Shown here: positions 9,182 through 24,606 of the stretch, one piece after another | Layout of the letters: every line of letters starts with the position of its first letter | Position numbering within the stretch: position 1 is the first letter of the stretch | Origin: Candidatus Baldrarchaeota archaeon | Lineage (GTDB): Archaea; Asgardarchaeota; Baldrarchaeia; Baldrarchaeales; DXJG01 | DNA: 32,000 nucleotides | Assembly (NCBI GenBank): GCA_019056805.1 | Contig: DXJG01000002.1 | Coordinates: 7,855 to 39,854 of the forward strand | Direction: 5' to 3' | Notes under the pieces: model-generated | Told to the model about the DNA's origin: nothing | Database searches by the model: none | Seen by the model: only the letters and a program-made list of their open reading frames with translations | Program-made: the position numbers and the translations under genes

Positions 9182-9427
9182 ATGCTTTGTTTTATAAGAG
9201 TGAAAAGTTTGATGTTGCCTTGTATAATTCGTGGATACTTTCGTTAGCTGTGGGGCTGTTAATTGTGGTGCGAAAAAAATATAAGTTCGTAGTTTTCTCA
9301 TGGAATGAGAAAATTTATAAAGTTATTTGCATGATTGCTATGTTTACGATGAAATTGGTTATGTGGATTTTTATGAATTTTAATTTTATGGCTTTAGGAG
9401 ACTACCCTATAATATGGAGGGGTTCTC

Positions 9428-9679
9428 GTGGATAAAAAAAGGAAAAAAATTGATATATTCTGTCACGAGCTTGTTCCAAAGCATGAATTGTTAAGTAAGG
9501 AAGAGGCTGAGAAACTACTTAAGAAACTTAACATTTATCCTGAGCAATTACCCTGGATAAAGAAATCCGATCCTGCTGCAGTTGCTATTGGAGCAAAACC
9601 AGGAGATATTGTTAAGATTATTAGAAAAAGTCCCACAGCTGGAGAAACTGTTGTTTATAGATATGTTATTGATAAATAA
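9428..9679 (+). CDS. rpoH: DNA-directed RNA polymerase subunit H (Rpb5 C-terminal homologue)
   Basis: [71 protein letters not shown] start with ggagg upstream; immediately precedes rpoB. Confidence 0.97.
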   Translation: MDKKRKKIDIFCHELVPKHELLSKEEAEKLLKKLNIYPEQLPWIKKSDPAAVAIGAKPGDIVKIIRKSPTAGETVVYRYVIDK

Positions 9680-9694
9680 GCGGGGGTTAATTTA

Positions 9695-12600
9695 ATGGAG
9701 AAACTTTCAATTTATGACAGATGGATAGTTATGAAAGCGTTTTTCGAAGAAAAAGGACTAGTTAGACAACACTTGGACTCATATAACGATTTCATTGAAA
9801 GAGGTCTTCAACAAGTTGTTGATGAAGTTGGTAAAATAGAACCCGAAATTGCTGATTTTTATGTAAAATTAGGTAAAATAGAAGTTGGAGAACCTATCAT
9901 AAGAGAAGCAGATGGATCTACCAGAAAAATTTACCCTATGGAAGCTAGAGTACGTAATCTAACTTATGCCGCGCCTATCTACCTTGAAATGACGCCAGTT
10001 TATGCTAATGGCAAAGAAGGAAAAACAGAGAAAATCTACATTGGTACGATGCCCATCATGTTAAAATCCAAAAAATGTCCCTTATCCAAGATGAGCAATG
10101 AAGAGCTTATTAAAATTGGTGAAGATCCTAAAGATCCTGGAGGATACTTTATTATCAACGGGTCAGAACGTGTTTTGGTTACTCAAGAGGATTTAGCTCC
10201 AAACCGGATTCTTGTCGAAGAAGGCACCAGTGGTAGTGCTGCAACTCATGTTGCCAAGGTATTTTCAACAGCAAAAGGGTTTAGAGCCCCTGTTACGTTA
10301 GAAAGACGAAGAGACGGGTCCCTAAGAGTTTCCTTCCCGTATGTTCCTGGCAAGATTCCGCTTGCAATACTCATGAGGGCTTTGGGTTTAGTCACTGATA
10401 AGCAAATCTCTAGTGCTGTCTCTGAAGATCCAGAAATTTTAAGGGAATTAATTCCTACACTTGAAGAGGCAGCTCCACTTTATGTAGTTAATGATCCCGA
10501 AAAGACTATTGAAAATGCGCTTGATTATATTGGTAAACGAGTTGCAGTTGGACAGAAACGTGAGTACAGAATTACTCGTGCTCAACAAGTGTTAGATAGA
10601 TATCTTTTACCGCATATTGGTACAAATCCTGAAGATCGTATAAAAAAGGCCTATTATTTAGGTCAGATGGCTCAAAAATTGCTTGAATTGGTTTTAGATA
10701 GAAGAAAGCCAGATGATAAGGATCATTATGCAAATAAAAGGCTGAAACTTGCCGGTGATTTACTTACTAGTCAATTTAGAGTCGCATTCCACAATTTATG
10801 TAGGGATATAAAATATCAACTTGAAAGAACAACTGTAAGAGGTAGAAAACCTCATATTAGAACTGCTGTTCGTGCTGACGTTATTACTGAGCGATTAAGA
10901 CATGCACTAGCTACTGGTAACTGGACTGGTGGTAAGGCTGGCGTAAGTCAATTATTAGACCGAACAAATTATATGTCAGCCCTAAGTCATCTTAGACGCG
11001 TCGTCTCTCCGCTTAGTAGAAGTCAGCCGCACTTTGAAGCTCGAGATCTTCACCCTACACATTGGGGTAAAATATGTCCAAATGAGACCCCTGAAGGACC
11101 AAACTGTGGTTTAGTAAAGAATCTTGCCTTGATGGCTCACATTTCTGTCGGTGTTGATGAAAACACCATAGAACGTTTGCTCTATGACCTTGGAGTTCAA
11201 CCCATTGAAGAAGTTAGAGGTAACCCTCGACAGAGAGGAGCCCGTGTCTTTCTTAATGGAAAACTTTTAGGAATTCATGTACAACCGGAAATATTTGTGA
11301 CAAAACTTCGTCAAATGCGTAGAAGGGGAGAAGTTAGCTCTGAAGTTAATGTTGCTTACTATTCTGATGTAAATGAAGTACAAGTGAATTGTGATGCAGG
11401 ACGTGTTAGGAGACCTCTAATAATTGTTGAAGGAGGAAAACCAAAACTTACAATTGAACACATCGAAAAACTAAGAAATAAAGAATGGACGTTTAGTGAT
11501 TTAGTCAAAAGAGGGATAGTTGAGTATTTAGACGCTGAAGAGGAAGAAAACGCTTTCATAGCATTAAATCCAGAGGATTTAACCCCTGAACATACTCATT
11601 TAGAAATAGAGCCATCAACTATCTTAGGGATAACAGCGAGTTTAATACCATATGCCGAGCACAATCAGTCACCAAGAAATTCTTATGAAGCGGGCATGGC
11701 AAAACAAGCTCTTGGACTTTATTCAGCTAATTTTAGACAAAGAGTTGATACAAGATCACATGTTCTCCATTATCCGCAAATACCTGTTGTAAAAACAAGA
11801 GCGATGGACGTAATAGGATTTGATGAACGTCCCGCTGGACAAAACTTCATTGTTGCTATTTTATCGTATGAAGGATACAATATTGAAGATGCCCTAATAA
11901 TCAACAAGGCATCAATCGAAAGAGGTTTAGCTAGATCTACGTTCTTTAGATGCTACGAAGCTGAAGAAAGAAAATACCCTGGAGGACAAGAAGATAGGTT
12001 TGAAATACCGGATAAAAACGTTAGAGGATATCGAGCTGTAGAATATTACAGCAACTTGGCTGATGACGGTATCATTGAACCTGAAATTGAAGTAAAGGGC
12101 GGAGATGTTCTCATAGGTAGGACAAGCCCTCCAAGATTCCTTGAAGAATATGCTGAACTTGAGGTAACAACACAAATTAGACGTGAAACTTCCGTAAGTA
12201 CGCGACACGGAGAAAAAGGCATCGTAGACACAGTAATATTAACTGAAACTTCCGATGGAAGCAGACTTGTCAAAGTTAAAGTTCGAGATGAAAGAATTCC
12301 GGAGCTGGGCGATAAATTTGCATCGAGACATGGACAAAAAGGAGTAATAGGCCTCATAGTTCCGCAAGAAGATATGCCTTTCACCGAAGATGGTATTGTT
12401 CCCGACTTAATAATTAATCCACATGCTATACCATCACGTATGACATTAGGACAACTTATAGAATCTATTGCTGGAAAAGTTGGAGCTCTTTCAGGTAGGA
12501 GAGTTGACGGCACACCATTTTCAGGAGAAAAACCTGAAGATCTTGCACAAGAACTCAAGAAATATGGCTTCAAGTACAATGGTAGAGAAGTTATGTATGA

Positions 12601-13045
12601 TGGTATAACCGGAAGAAAATATGAAGTAGATATTTTCATTGGTGTGGTTTATTATCAAAAGCTTCACCATATGGTAGCTGATAAAATCCACGCAAGAGCG
12701 CGAGGACCAGTTCAAATACTTACAAGACAGCCTACTGAGGGAAGATCAAGAGAAGGCGGTTTAAGGTTTGGTGAAATGGAAAGAGATTGTTTAATAGGAC
12801 ATGGTGCAGCTATGTTACTCAAAGACAGGCTTTTAGAGGGCTCAGATAAAACTGACATTATTATTTGTGAAAAGTGTGGTTTCCTTGCATACTACGATAG
12901 AAATAGAGATAGATATTATTGTCACATTCACGGCGAAGATGGAACGTTTTCAAGAGTTTCCGTTTCATATGCATTTAAACTCCTTCTTCAAGAATTAATG
13001 TCTCTTTGTATATCACCAAAATTAATCCTCGAGGAAAAAGCATAA
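9695..13045 (+). CDS. rpoB: DNA-directed RNA polymerase subunit B (unsplit)
   Basis: 1116-aa ORF: [88 protein letters not shown]-terminal zinc motif. Confidence 0.99.
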   Translation: MEKLSIYDRWIVMKAFFEEKGLVRQHLDSYNDFIERGLQQVVDEVGKIEPEIADFYVKLGKIEVGEPIIREADGSTRKIYPMEARVRNLTYAAPIYLEMTPVYANGKEGKTEKIYIGTMPIMLKSKKCPLSKMSNEELIKIGEDPKDPGGYFIINGSERVLVTQEDLAPNRILVEEGTSGSAATHVAKVFSTAKGFRAPVTLERRRDGSLRVSFPYVPGKIPLAILMRALGLVTDKQISSAVSEDPEILRELIPTLEEAAPLYVVNDPEKTIENALDYIGKRVAVGQKREYRITRAQQVLDRYLLPHIGTNPEDRIKKAYYLGQMAQKLLELVLDRRKPDDKDHYANKRLKLAGDLLTSQFRVAFHNLCRDIKYQLERTTVRGRKPHIRTAVRADVITERLRHALATGNWTGGKAGVSQLLDRTNYMSALSHLRRVVSPLSRSQPHFEARDLHPTHWGKICPNETPEGPNCGLVKNLALMAHISVGVDENTIERLLYDLGVQPIEEVRGNPRQRGARVFLNGKLLGIHVQPEIFVTKLRQMRRRGEVSSEVNVAYYSDVNEVQVNCDAGRVRRPLIIVEGGKPKLTIEHIEKLRNKEWTFSDLVKRGIVEYLDAEEEENAFIALNPEDLTPEHTHLEIEPSTILGITASLIPYAEHNQSPRNSYEAGMAKQALGLYSANFRQRVDTRSHVLHYPQIPVVKTRAMDVIGFDERPAGQNFIVAILSYEGYNIEDALIINKASIERGLARSTFFRCYEAEERKYPGGQEDRFEIPDKNVRGYRAVEYYSNLADDGIIEPEIEVKGGDVLIGRTSPPRFLEEYAELEVTTQIRRETSVSTRHGEKGIVDTVILTETSDGSRLVKVKVRDERIPELGDKFASRHGQKGVIGLIVPQEDMPFTEDGIVPDLIINPHAIPSRMTLGQLIESIAGKVGALSGRRVDGTPFSGEKPEDLAQELKKYGFKYNGREVMYDGITGRKYEVDIFIGVVYYQKLHHMVADKIHARARGPVQILTRQPTEGRSREGGLRFGEMERDCLIGHGAAMLLKDRLLEGSDKTDIIICEKCGFLAYYDRNRDRYYCHIHGEDGTFSRVSVSYAFKLLLQELMSLCISPKLILEEKA

Positions 13046-13058
13046 TGGAGGAAAACAA

Positions 13059-17211
<4,153 letters not shown>

Positions 17212-17225
<14 letters not shown>

Positions 17226-17652
17226 GGTGAAACTAACAACAGATGAAATCCAATATATTACCTTTTTCGAAGGATTAACAGGCGCCGTAGCTAAAGATTG
17301 CATAATAGACGAAAATGCTGATAGAATAATTTTTCTTGTTAAAACAGGTGATCTAGGACTGGCTATAGGAAAACGAGGGACAAATGTTAAAAAAATAAGA
17401 AAACTTCTCGGGAAACCTGTGGATATTGTAGAATATGCCGACACACCAGAGGAAATGATAAAAAATGCATTAATGCCGGCCAAGGTTAAGTCTGTACACA
17501 TAACTGAACGAAGAGACGGTAAGAAAGTTGCCATAGTGACTGTGGATCCCAAAGATAGAGGAATAGCTATAGGTAAAAACGGAAAAAACGTTGCAAAAGC
17601 GAGGATCCTGGTGCAGAGACACTTTAATATTGATGATGTTATTATCAGTTAG
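17212..17652 (+). CDS. nusA: NusA-like transcription elongation/termination factor (KH domains)
   Basis: Two KH-type motifs: LAIGKRGTNVKKIRKLLGKPVDIVEY and GIAIGKNGKNVAKARILVQRHF. Located between rpl30e and rps12. Confidence 0.95.
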
Positions 17653-17758
17653 ACCCAGCGACACGGTTTTTGACGAGAAAAACTTTAAATAAGGAGTACA
17701 TAATCTAAGCTTCGCAACATTCTCATCAAAATATTATGTGATATAGAGGTAGAATTAA

Positions 17759-18202
17759 ATGACGGGACTAAAGGCTCCAAGAGGAGAATTCGCAGCAAGA
17801 AAGTTAAAGATGAAAAGACAGAAACTCAGGTGGAAAAGCTGGGAATATAAAAGGAGAATGTTAGGTCTAAGAGTAAAAGCTGATCCACTAGAGGGAGCTC
17901 CGCAAGCCAGAGGAATAGTACTGGAAAAGGTTGGCATTGAAGCAAGACAACCTCATAGCGCAATTAGAAAATGTGTTAGAGTCCAGTTAATTAAAAACGG
18001 AAAACAAGTTACAGCCTTTGTACCCGGTGATGGAGGCCTATTATTCATTGAAGAACACGATGAAGTAATCATAGAAGGAATAGGCGGAAGAAAGGGAAGA
18101 AGTTATGGCGATCTCCCAGGAGTAAGATGGAAAGTAGTAAAAGTTAATGGAGTTTCACTTAAAGCACTTTTAGAGGGTAAAAAGGAAAAACCACTGCGTT
18201 AA
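17759..18202 (+). CDS. rps12: 30S ribosomal protein S12
   Basis: [33 protein letters not shown]...[33 protein letters not shown]. Confidence 0.98.
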   Translation: MTGLKAPRGEFAARKLKMKRQKLRWKSWEYKRRMLGLRVKADPLEGAPQARGIVLEKVGIEARQPHSAIRKCVRVQLIKNGKQVTAFVPGDGGLLFIEEHDEVIIEGIGGRKGRSYGDLPGVRWKVVKVNGVSLKALLEGKKEKPLR

Positions 18203-18300
18203 TCAAAATATATTATGAAAGATATTAACTTCCAAATAGGTTTCTGAAAAAATCGACATTATTTAATACATTAAAAATTATGTTGAAAGACTTTAGATAG

Positions 18301-18311
18301 GTTTATATAAT
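18301..18311 (+). promoter_or_regulatory. Candidate TATA element upstream of the elongation factor 1-alpha gene
   Basis: gtttatataat sits in the 194-nt rps12-tuf gap, about 90 nt before the ATG, followed by a Shine-Dalgarno-like aggaggga. Confidence 0.4.
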
Positions 18312-18396
18312 TACCCAACTATCTTCCAAAAATAACATCTCAAAAACAATAATATTAAAAATTTCAAGAATAACTCTCTTTAGGAGGGAAGTACAT

Positions 18397-19692
18397 ATGT
18401 CCGAAAAACCACACTTAAACCTAGTAATAATTGGCCACGTAGACCATGGAAAGTCAACCCTAATGGGGCACCTCTTATACCTTGCAGGAGCTATAGATGA
18501 AAGAACACTCAAAAAATACGAGGAAGAGGCAAAGAAAATCGGAAAAGAGAGCTTCAAATTTGCATGGGTCCTAGACAAACTGAAAGAAGAAAGAGAAAGA
18601 GGCCTGACAATAGACTTAGCTTTCTGGAAATTTGAAACTGACAAGTATTACTTCACAATAATCGATGCTCCAGGTCACAGAGACTTTATAAAAAACATGA
18701 TTACAGGTGCTAGTCAAGCAGATGCAGCAATACTTGTTGTATCAGCTAAAAAAGGAGAATTTGAAGCAGGAATAGGTCCAGGAGGCCAAACAAGAGAACA
18801 TGCATACCTAGCATTTACTTTGGGCGTTAACCAGATAGTAGTAGCTGTAAACAAGATGGATGACCCCTCGGTAAATTGGGGCCAGGAAAGATACCAAGAA
18901 ATAAAGAATGAAGTATCCCAATTACTAAAAGAAATAGGATATAAGGTAGACAAAATACACTTTGTTCCAGTATCAGCTTGGACCGGTGATAATCTGGTAA
19001 AGAAAAGCGAAAAAATGCCATGGTACGACGGACCAACCCTTATGGAAGCTCTAAACATGTTCGAAATACCACCAAAACCAATTGACAAACCCTTAAGAAT
19101 TCCAATACAAGACGTCTACAGCATTACTGGTGTAGGTACGGTGCCAGTTGGAAGAGTAGAAACCGGAGTACTAAAAGTTGGTGATACAGTGATTTTCGAA
19201 CCAGCAGGAGTAAAAGGAGAGGTCAAAAGCATTGAAATGCATCACGAACCACTCCAAGAAGCTGTACCAGGCGATAACATAGGATTTAACGTTAAAGGTG
19301 TATCAAAGAAAGATATTCGCAGAGGTGACGTTGCAGGACACCCAGACAAACCACCGACGGTGGTAAAAGAATTTATTGGACAAGTTATAGTAATTTGGCA
19401 TCCAACATCTATCGCACCAGGATACACACCGGTATTACACGCCCATACAGCTCATATTGCCACTAGATTCGCTGAACTATTAACAAAAATCGACCGAAGA
19501 ACTGGTCAGGTCGTTGAAGAAAAACCAGCATATCTGAAAAGAGGCGATGCTGCCCTTGTAAAATTTGTACCAACAAGACCTTTCGTAATAGAAAAATATG
19601 CTGAAATACCACAACTTGGAAGATTTGCAATTAGGGATATGGGTAAAACAGTAGCCGTTGGAATCGTAAAAGAAGTAACACCAGCAAAATAA
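18397..19692 (+). CDS. tuf: Translation elongation factor 1-alpha (EF-Tu homologue)
   Basis: [61 protein letters not shown]. Confidence 0.99.
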   Translation: MSEKPHLNLVIIGHVDHGKSTLMGHLLYLAGAIDERTLKKYEEEAKKIGKESFKFAWVLDKLKEERERGLTIDLAFWKFETDKYYFTIIDAPGHRDFIKNMITGASQADAAILVVSAKKGEFEAGIGPGGQTREHAYLAFTLGVNQIVVAVNKMDDPSVNWGQERYQEIKNEVSQLLKEIGYKVDKIHFVPVSAWTGDNLVKKSEKMPWYDGPTLMEALNMFEIPPKPIDKPLRIPIQDVYSITGVGTVPVGRVETGVLKVGDTVIFEPAGVKGEVKSIEMHHEPLQEAVPGDNIGFNVKGVSKKDIRRGDVAGHPDKPPTVVKEFIGQVIVIWHPTSIAPGYTPVLHAHTAHIATRFAELLTKIDRRTGQVVEEKPAYLKRGDAALVKFVPTRPFVIEKYAEIPQLGRFAIRDMGKTVAVGIVKEVTPAK

Positions 19693-19723
19693 CCTCCCAT
19701 CTTTTTCTCTAGGTGAAAACAAA

Positions 19724-20029
19724 ATGCAAAAAGCAAAAATAAGACTCACATCGACTAGTGCCAAACAAATCGAAGAAATATGTCAACAGATAAAAAATAT
19801 AGCACAAAGAACGGGGGTACATATTTCAGGACCAATGCCACTACCAACGAAAAAATTGAAAGTTCCAGTGCGAAAATCACCATGCGGTGAAGGAACCGCA
19901 ACATGGGAACATTATATATTAAAACTACACAAACGACTGGTTATTATCGATGCAGACGAGCGCACGTTACGTCAAATAATGCGAATAAGAATTCCACCAG
20001 AAGTATTTGTTGAATTAGAAGTAACATGA
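19724..20029 (+). CDS. rps10: 30S ribosomal protein S10
   Basis: KARIRLTST-like start ([96 protein letters not shown]). Confidence 0.98.
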   Translation: MQKAKIRLTSTSAKQIEEICQQIKNIAQRTGVHISGPMPLPTKKLKVPVRKSPCGEGTATWEHYILKLHKRLVIIDADERTLRQIMRIRIPPEVFVELEVT

Positions 20030-20231
20030 AATATAAATTCATACTTGTTTTTCAATCCCAAATCTAATTTAACTAAAATATATAATTCAGTGCTGATGTC
20101 AATTTTATTTTTATGATTATTTAAGTTTAAAAATAAAAACATTAAAATGAATGCAAGAGAAGATTTATTTTAAGTAGTTTATAACCATTATTTTACCCTA
20201 TACCAGTTATCCTGCCGGGGTAGCCAAGTGG

Positions 20232-20250
20232 ACTACAGGTTTCATTCCGG
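20232..20250 (+). other. Non-canonical D-loop intron of tRNA-Ser (about 19 nt; boundaries ambiguous by a repeated GG)
   Basis: Exons rejoin as GCCAAGTGG|TCAAGGCG, a normal D-arm. Insert is actacaggtttcattccgg. Confidence 0.75.
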
Positions 20251-20269
20251 TCAAGGCGCGGGCCTTGAG

Positions 20270-20293
20270 TTCCGCAAACAAGGGCCACAGGAC
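20270..20293 (+). other. Canonical 37/38 intron of tRNA-Ser (about 24 nt)
   Basis: ttccgcaaacaagggccacaggac lies between G37 and A38. Confidence 0.85.
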
Positions 20294-20428
20294 AGCCCGT
20301 GGCCCTTACGGGCCGCGTGGGTTCGAATCCCACCCCCGGCGCCATTTAAATTTATATAGAAGGCATAAAAACTAGTTTGATTGAATGCAGTATATGCTAG
20401 TGATAAACTAGATTTGTAGGTGAATCTA

Positions 20429-20869
20429 ATGACAGGTGGATTTAGATTTTTGGAACATACTGCGGATGTTTACGTTGAATCATGGGGGGAAACCTTGGAG
20501 GAAGCATTTGAATGGGCAGCAGTCGGCATGTTTGAAGTTATGACAGACTTAAAGAAAGTGGAAGCAAAAGAAAAATATGAAATTTCCGTAAAAGGTGAAG
20601 ATCTTTATGCACTATTATATGAATGGCTTGAAGAACTACTTTTTATTTTTGGTTCCCAGGGGATGGTCTTCTCCAAGTTTAAAGTGCATAAAATAATGAA
20701 AAAAGAAAGCAACGGACATATGTTATCTGGTGAGGCGTGGGGAGAATTATTCAATATTGAGAAACATACCCAAAAAACGGAAGTAAAGGCTATAACATAT
20801 TCTCTGATGGAAATAACAAAAAATAAGGACACAGAACAGTGGGTTGTTCGTTTTGTGCTCGATATTTAG
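20429..20869 (+). CDS. Archease (RtcB tRNA ligase cofactor); probable ATG start at 20429 (the ORF track begins at GTG 20420)
   Basis: FRFLEHTADVYVESWGETLEEAFEWAAVGMFEVMTDL...WLEELLFIF...VKAITYSLMEI...VRFVLDI. Confidence 0.95.
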   Translation: MTGGFRFLEHTADVYVESWGETLEEAFEWAAVGMFEVMTDLKKVEAKEKYEISVKGEDLYALLYEWLEELLFIFGSQGMVFSKFKVHKIMKKESNGHMLSGEAWGELFNIEKHTQKTEVKAITYSLMEITKNKDTEQWVVRFVLDI

Positions 20870-20879
20870 ACTTATATAG

Positions 20880-21353
20880 CTATCTAAATCTTAAGGTAAT
20901 CTGGTCTATTAACAACCTTGGTGTTATGTTTTTTCCCTTTCTTGGAAGCTTGACAAACCCAGCTTTTTGCAGAATGATAAGATCCTGGTAAACATTCTTT
21001 ATATTTCTGTTTAAATATCTGGCAAGATCAGATATAGATTCAAATTCTTCTCTTCCTAGAACTATAAGTATTTTTAGCCGTTCTTTTGTCAATATTTTCT
21101 TTAAAAAATCTATATTTTCTTCTTTTACTTCTTCTAGTACATAATCTAATTCTTCACCTTCTTCGTAGGCCTTATATGCATGCAACAGTCTTCTCCATTC
21201 CAAGTATTCTAAAACTTCTCTGATCGATGCTATACCTTTACTCATTTTCCATCCAAGGACCTCTATGCTCTTATATTTTTTCTCGTAAGTTTTTATTCTC
21301 ATAAAAACCTCATTGGGTTCCAATCTTCTAAGGTATATAACGTTTATTTTCAC
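20880..21353 (-). CDS. Predicted winged-HTH transcriptional regulator
   Basis: LTKERLKILIVLGREEFESISDLARYLNRNIKNVYQDLIILQKAGFVKLPRKGKNITPRLLIDQITLRF reads as a wHTH with beta-wing. Confidence 0.7.
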   Translation of the reverse strand: MKINVIYLRRLEPNEVFMRIKTYEKKYKSIEVLGWKMSKGIASIREVLEYLEWRRLLHAYKAYEEGEELDYVLEEVKEENIDFLKKILTKERLKILIVLGREEFESISDLARYLNRNIKNVYQDLIILQKAGFVKLPRKGKNITPRLLIDQITLRFR

Positions 21354-21464
21354 TTAAAATCACCTAAAATGGAATATGTAGACTTCTTATGCTACATAAC
21401 TATTTCAAGAGAATAGGAAAATAATTTCTATTTAAAATATAATTATTAGGATGAGGTGTTTATA

Positions 21465-22367
21465 TTGGAATTTCCTCCATTAAGAATAAAGCCTTTCATT
21501 TCAATGTTTATTCCAAATTCGATTCTTGATGAGGTCCCAGATCCGAGACAGAAAGCTATTAAAATTGGAACGATAGGTAGAGCTGCAGCTATATATCGTG
21601 TTGAAGAAATAATCATATATCCTGATACAAAAAAGCCAGGATGGAAAAGAAAATCAAAATACATAGAAACAATGTTAAAATATCTAGATACACCGCAATA
21701 TCTTAGGAAAAGAATTTTCAAACTTTCAAAGGAGCTTAAATATGTCGGTATACTCCCACCTTTAGCGACTCCTCATCACTCTCTTAAACGGAAAATTACT
21801 GAACTAAGTAATGGAGAAATTAGAGAAGGATATGTGATTAAAGTTTCAAAGGGGAAAGCACTCATTGATATAGGTACAGATCAACCACTTTTGGTTGATC
21901 TAAAAAACAAAAAGCTATCCAAAGGAAACAGGATTACCGTAAAAATTATCAAAAAAGATAGTGAAATTTTAGGTAGACCCGTTTCGAAAGAGAAAATAAA
22001 TATTTACTGGGGTTTTAAAGTAAGAGCCCTTAAACCCTTACTTGGAGAGTTTCTAAAAAAGCATCACTACGACCTAGTGATTGCTACATCTCGCTATGGA
22101 AAATTAATATCAGATGTTTATAAAGACCTCATTAGAGACTTCGCTCATGTTGAAACGGTTGCACTACTTTTTGGTTCCCCACGAGAAGGTTTATATGAAA
22201 TTTTGAGGAAAGAATCGATAAAACTTTCAGACATAGCAGATTACGTTATTAATATGGTTCCTGCTCAAGGTGTACGCACAGTAAGAACTGAGGAGGCAAT
22301 ACATGCGTCGCTATCGATCATAAATTTCTTACAGTTTCTAGCGTCTTCGAAACGGGAAATATATTAA
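21465..22367 (+). CDS. SPOUT-superfamily putative RNA methyltransferase with internal OB-like insertion; likely TTG start at 21465 (the ORF track begins at GTG 21456)
   Basis: IPNSILDEVPDPRQKAIKIGTIGRAAAIYRVEEIIIYPD...IETMLKYLDTPQYLRKRIF...LKYVGILPPLATPHH...VALLFGSPREGLYEIL...VPAQGVRTVRTEEAIHASLSIIN. Adjacent to rpl3, a common archaeal arrangement. Confidence 0.85.
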   Translation: MEFPPLRIKPFISMFIPNSILDEVPDPRQKAIKIGTIGRAAAIYRVEEIIIYPDTKKPGWKRKSKYIETMLKYLDTPQYLRKRIFKLSKELKYVGILPPLATPHHSLKRKITELSNGEIREGYVIKVSKGKALIDIGTDQPLLVDLKNKKLSKGNRITVKIIKKDSEILGRPVSKEKINIYWGFKVRALKPLLGEFLKKHHYDLVIATSRYGKLISDVYKDLIRDFAHVETVALLFGSPREGLYEILRKESIKLSDIADYVINMVPAQGVRTVRTEEAIHASLSIINFLQFLASSKREIY

Positions 22368-22505
22368 ATACTATGTGAAATTCTTATTTAATCATAAAAG
22401 AGAAAAGTTTAAATTTCATGCCAATGTGAGATAGGTAGCTTTTTAAGTCTTTGAAGATAATTTCATCGTTCCATCTGGAATTTTAATAATAAAGGAGGAT
22501 AAACT

Positions 22506-23519
22506 ATGGGTCATCGAAAAAAGCATGCGCCCAAGAGAGGCTCGTTAATGTATTTACCACGTAAAAGAGCGGCAAGACCAATTGGTAGAATTCGTCATTG
22601 GCCTGATTATCTAGAAAAACCAACACTCTTGGGTTTTGCTGGATATAAAGCAGGAATGACTCATGTGGTTATTGTAGAAAATAATCCTAATAGTCCATTC
22701 TACGGACATGAGTTAGTTAAACCTGTAACGGTAATTGATGCTCCCCCATTAGTGGCATGTGCAGTTAGAGCTTATGAACAAACTCCCTATGGTCTTAGAT
22801 CAATAGGAGAAGCTTGGGTGAGTGATTTAAATAAGGATTTGAGCCGAGTGTTTCCAATTCCAAAAAACTATGATACTGATAAGGCATTTAAAAAATTAGA
22901 AGAGGAAATGAATAGAATAGTTGAGTTGAGGCTTATAGTTCACACCCAGCCAAGAATGGCATCAGGTGTACCGAAAAAGAAGCCTGAAGTTATGGAATAC
23001 AAAATATCTGGAGGAACTATAGAAGAACAGTTTGAATATGCAAAAAACCTTCTAGGAAATGAAATAAAAGTCAAGGATGTTCTTAAAGAAGGAAGTTTCG
23101 TAGACGTCATAGCTATAACTAAAGGCAAGGGATTTCAAGGTGTTATAGCAAGATGGGGAGTTAGAAGAAAACAGCATAAATCAAGAAAAACCGTTAGAGA
23201 GGTTGCAGCAATAGGTGCTTGGCATCCTGCAAGAGTCCGGTACACCGTACCTCGAGCTGGACAAATGGGCTATCATCAAAGAACGGAATATAATAAATTA
23301 GTGTTAAAAATAGGAGAAAACGGTCAGGAAGTAACTCCACTAGGAGGATTTCCACGATACGGTATAGTACGAGGCGATTATGTAATGCTCTTAGGATCTT
23401 GCCCTGGAACAGTAAAACGTTTAGTTAGACTTCGACACGCAATTCGCCCGCCTAAAGAAGTTACTGCGGAGGCTCCGAAAGTGCTGTATATTAGCACTTC
23501 ATCTAAACAAGGTAAATAG
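22506..23519 (+). CDS. rpl3: 50S ribosomal protein L3
   Basis: GHRKKHAPKRGSLMYLPRKRA, GYKAGMTHV, GFQGVIARWGVRRKQHKSRKTVREVAAIGAWHP, YHQRTEYNK. Strong SD aaaggagg. Confidence 0.99.
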   Translation: MGHRKKHAPKRGSLMYLPRKRAARPIGRIRHWPDYLEKPTLLGFAGYKAGMTHVVIVENNPNSPFYGHELVKPVTVIDAPPLVACAVRAYEQTPYGLRSIGEAWVSDLNKDLSRVFPIPKNYDTDKAFKKLEEEMNRIVELRLIVHTQPRMASGVPKKKPEVMEYKISGGTIEEQFEYAKNLLGNEIKVKDVLKEGSFVDVIAITKGKGFQGVIARWGVRRKQHKSRKTVREVAAIGAWHPARVRYTVPRAGQMGYHQRTEYNKLVLKIGENGQEVTPLGGFPRYGIVRGDYVMLLGSCPGTVKRLVRLRHAIRPPKEVTAEAPKVLYISTSSKQGK

Positions 23520-23529
23520 TGGGGGGTAG

Positions 23530-24312
23530 TTGATGAAGGTTCACGTTTACGACTTGGAAGCTAAACCAGTAGAAGAAATAGCATTACCGCGTGTATTTAC
23601 AACTCCGTTCAGACCAGATCTTATAAGACGAGCAGTAATATCCTCTATTTCGATGCGTATACAGCCCTACGGAGTTGATAAAATGGCTGGCAAACGTACA
23701 ACAGCGGAATCATGGGGACCCGGATACGGTGTAGCCAGAGTTCCGAGAATTAAGGGAAGACATTACCCTGCGGCAGCACGCGCAGCTCTTGCTCCCATGA
23801 CAGTTGGAGGTAGGAGGACTCATCCTCCAGTCCCAGAAAAGAAAATTAAAGAAAAAATAAACAAAAAAGAAAAAAGACTAGCATTATTTTCAGCTATAGC
23901 TGCAACCGCGATTCCAGAAATAGTTAAAGCACGCGGCCACATTATTGATCAAATACCCGAACTTCCACTAATCGTATCGGATGAACTTCAAAAACTCCAA
24001 GAAACAAAAGAAACAAGAGAAGTATTTATTAAATTAGGGATTTGGCCAGACATTATTAGAGCTAAGAACAGAAAAAGAATAAGAGCAGGAAAAGGAAAAA
24101 TGCGTGGAAGAAAATATAAAAAAGCCAAGGGCCCATTAATTGTTATAAGTGAAGATGAAGGTATTTTAAAAGCCGCCAGAAATCATCCAGGTGTTGATAT
24201 TATTCGTGTAGACTTACTTAACGTAGAACTCTTAGCACCAGGAGCTCATCCCGGCCGATTAACCATATGGACAAAATCTGCAATTGAACAACTAAACAAC
24301 CTTCGACTATAG
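23530..24312 (+). CDS. rpl4: 50S ribosomal protein L4
   Basis: [68 protein letters not shown]. Confidence 0.98.
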   Translation: MMKVHVYDLEAKPVEEIALPRVFTTPFRPDLIRRAVISSISMRIQPYGVDKMAGKRTTAESWGPGYGVARVPRIKGRHYPAAARAALAPMTVGGRRTHPPVPEKKIKEKINKKEKRLALFSAIAATAIPEIVKARGHIIDQIPELPLIVSDELQKLQETKETREVFIKLGIWPDIIRAKNRKRIRAGKGKMRGRKYKKAKGPLIVISEDEGILKAARNHPGVDIIRVDLLNVELLAPGAHPGRLTIWTKSAIEQLNNLRL

Positions 24313-24323
24313 GAGGTTTATTT

Positions 24324-24590
24324 ATGGAATTTGATCCACACAAAGTAATTATAGCTCCAGTAGTTACCGAAGCAGCATTGGAACTCGTAGAAAATGAAAA
24401 CAAACTTACATTCATAGTTGACCGAAGGGCCAACAAAATAACTATCAAGAGAGCAGTTGAAGAACTCTTTAAGGTTAAAGTAGAGAAAGTAAATACATTA
24501 ATAACACCTGATGGTCGTAAGAAAGCATATGTTAAATTAAGTCCTGAGTACAGTGCAGCTGATATTGCAACCAAACTTGGTATTTTCTAA
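24324..24590 (+). CDS. rpl23: 50S ribosomal protein L23
   Basis: [84 protein letters not shown]. Confidence 0.97.
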   Translation: MEFDPHKVIIAPVVTEAALELVENENKLTFIVDRRANKITIKRAVEELFKVKVEKVNTLITPDGRKKAYVKLSPEYSAADIATKLGIF

Positions 24591-24606
24591 TTGGAGGTAA
24601 TTAAAC

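Larger units (their letters stand above)
20214..20344 (+). tRNA. tRNA-Ser(UGA), class II, encoded CCA (20342-20344), with two introns
   Basis: Acceptor GCCGGGG/CCCCGGC, G73. Anticodon stem CGGGC/GCCCG, anticodon TGA. Long variable arm TGGCCCTTACGGGCCGC. T-arm GTGGG-TTCGAAT-CCCAC. Removing 19 nt (D-loop) and 24 nt (37/38) gives an 85-nt class II tRNA. Confidence 0.93.

Noticed and set aside
9187-9435. 82-aa ORF with hydrophobic segments between tRNA-Asp and rpoH
   Set aside because: It has a TTG start only 5 nt after the encoded CCA, lies over the likely rpoH promoter or leader, overlaps the rpoH start and has no recognisable family. It is more likely spurious, although a small membrane protein cannot be excluded.
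20880-21353. Toxin-antitoxin reading of the wHTH protein
   Set aside because: No small toxin-like partner lies next to it. Its neighbours are archease and a divergently oriented SPOUT-like gene, so a plain regulator call is all the sequence supports.
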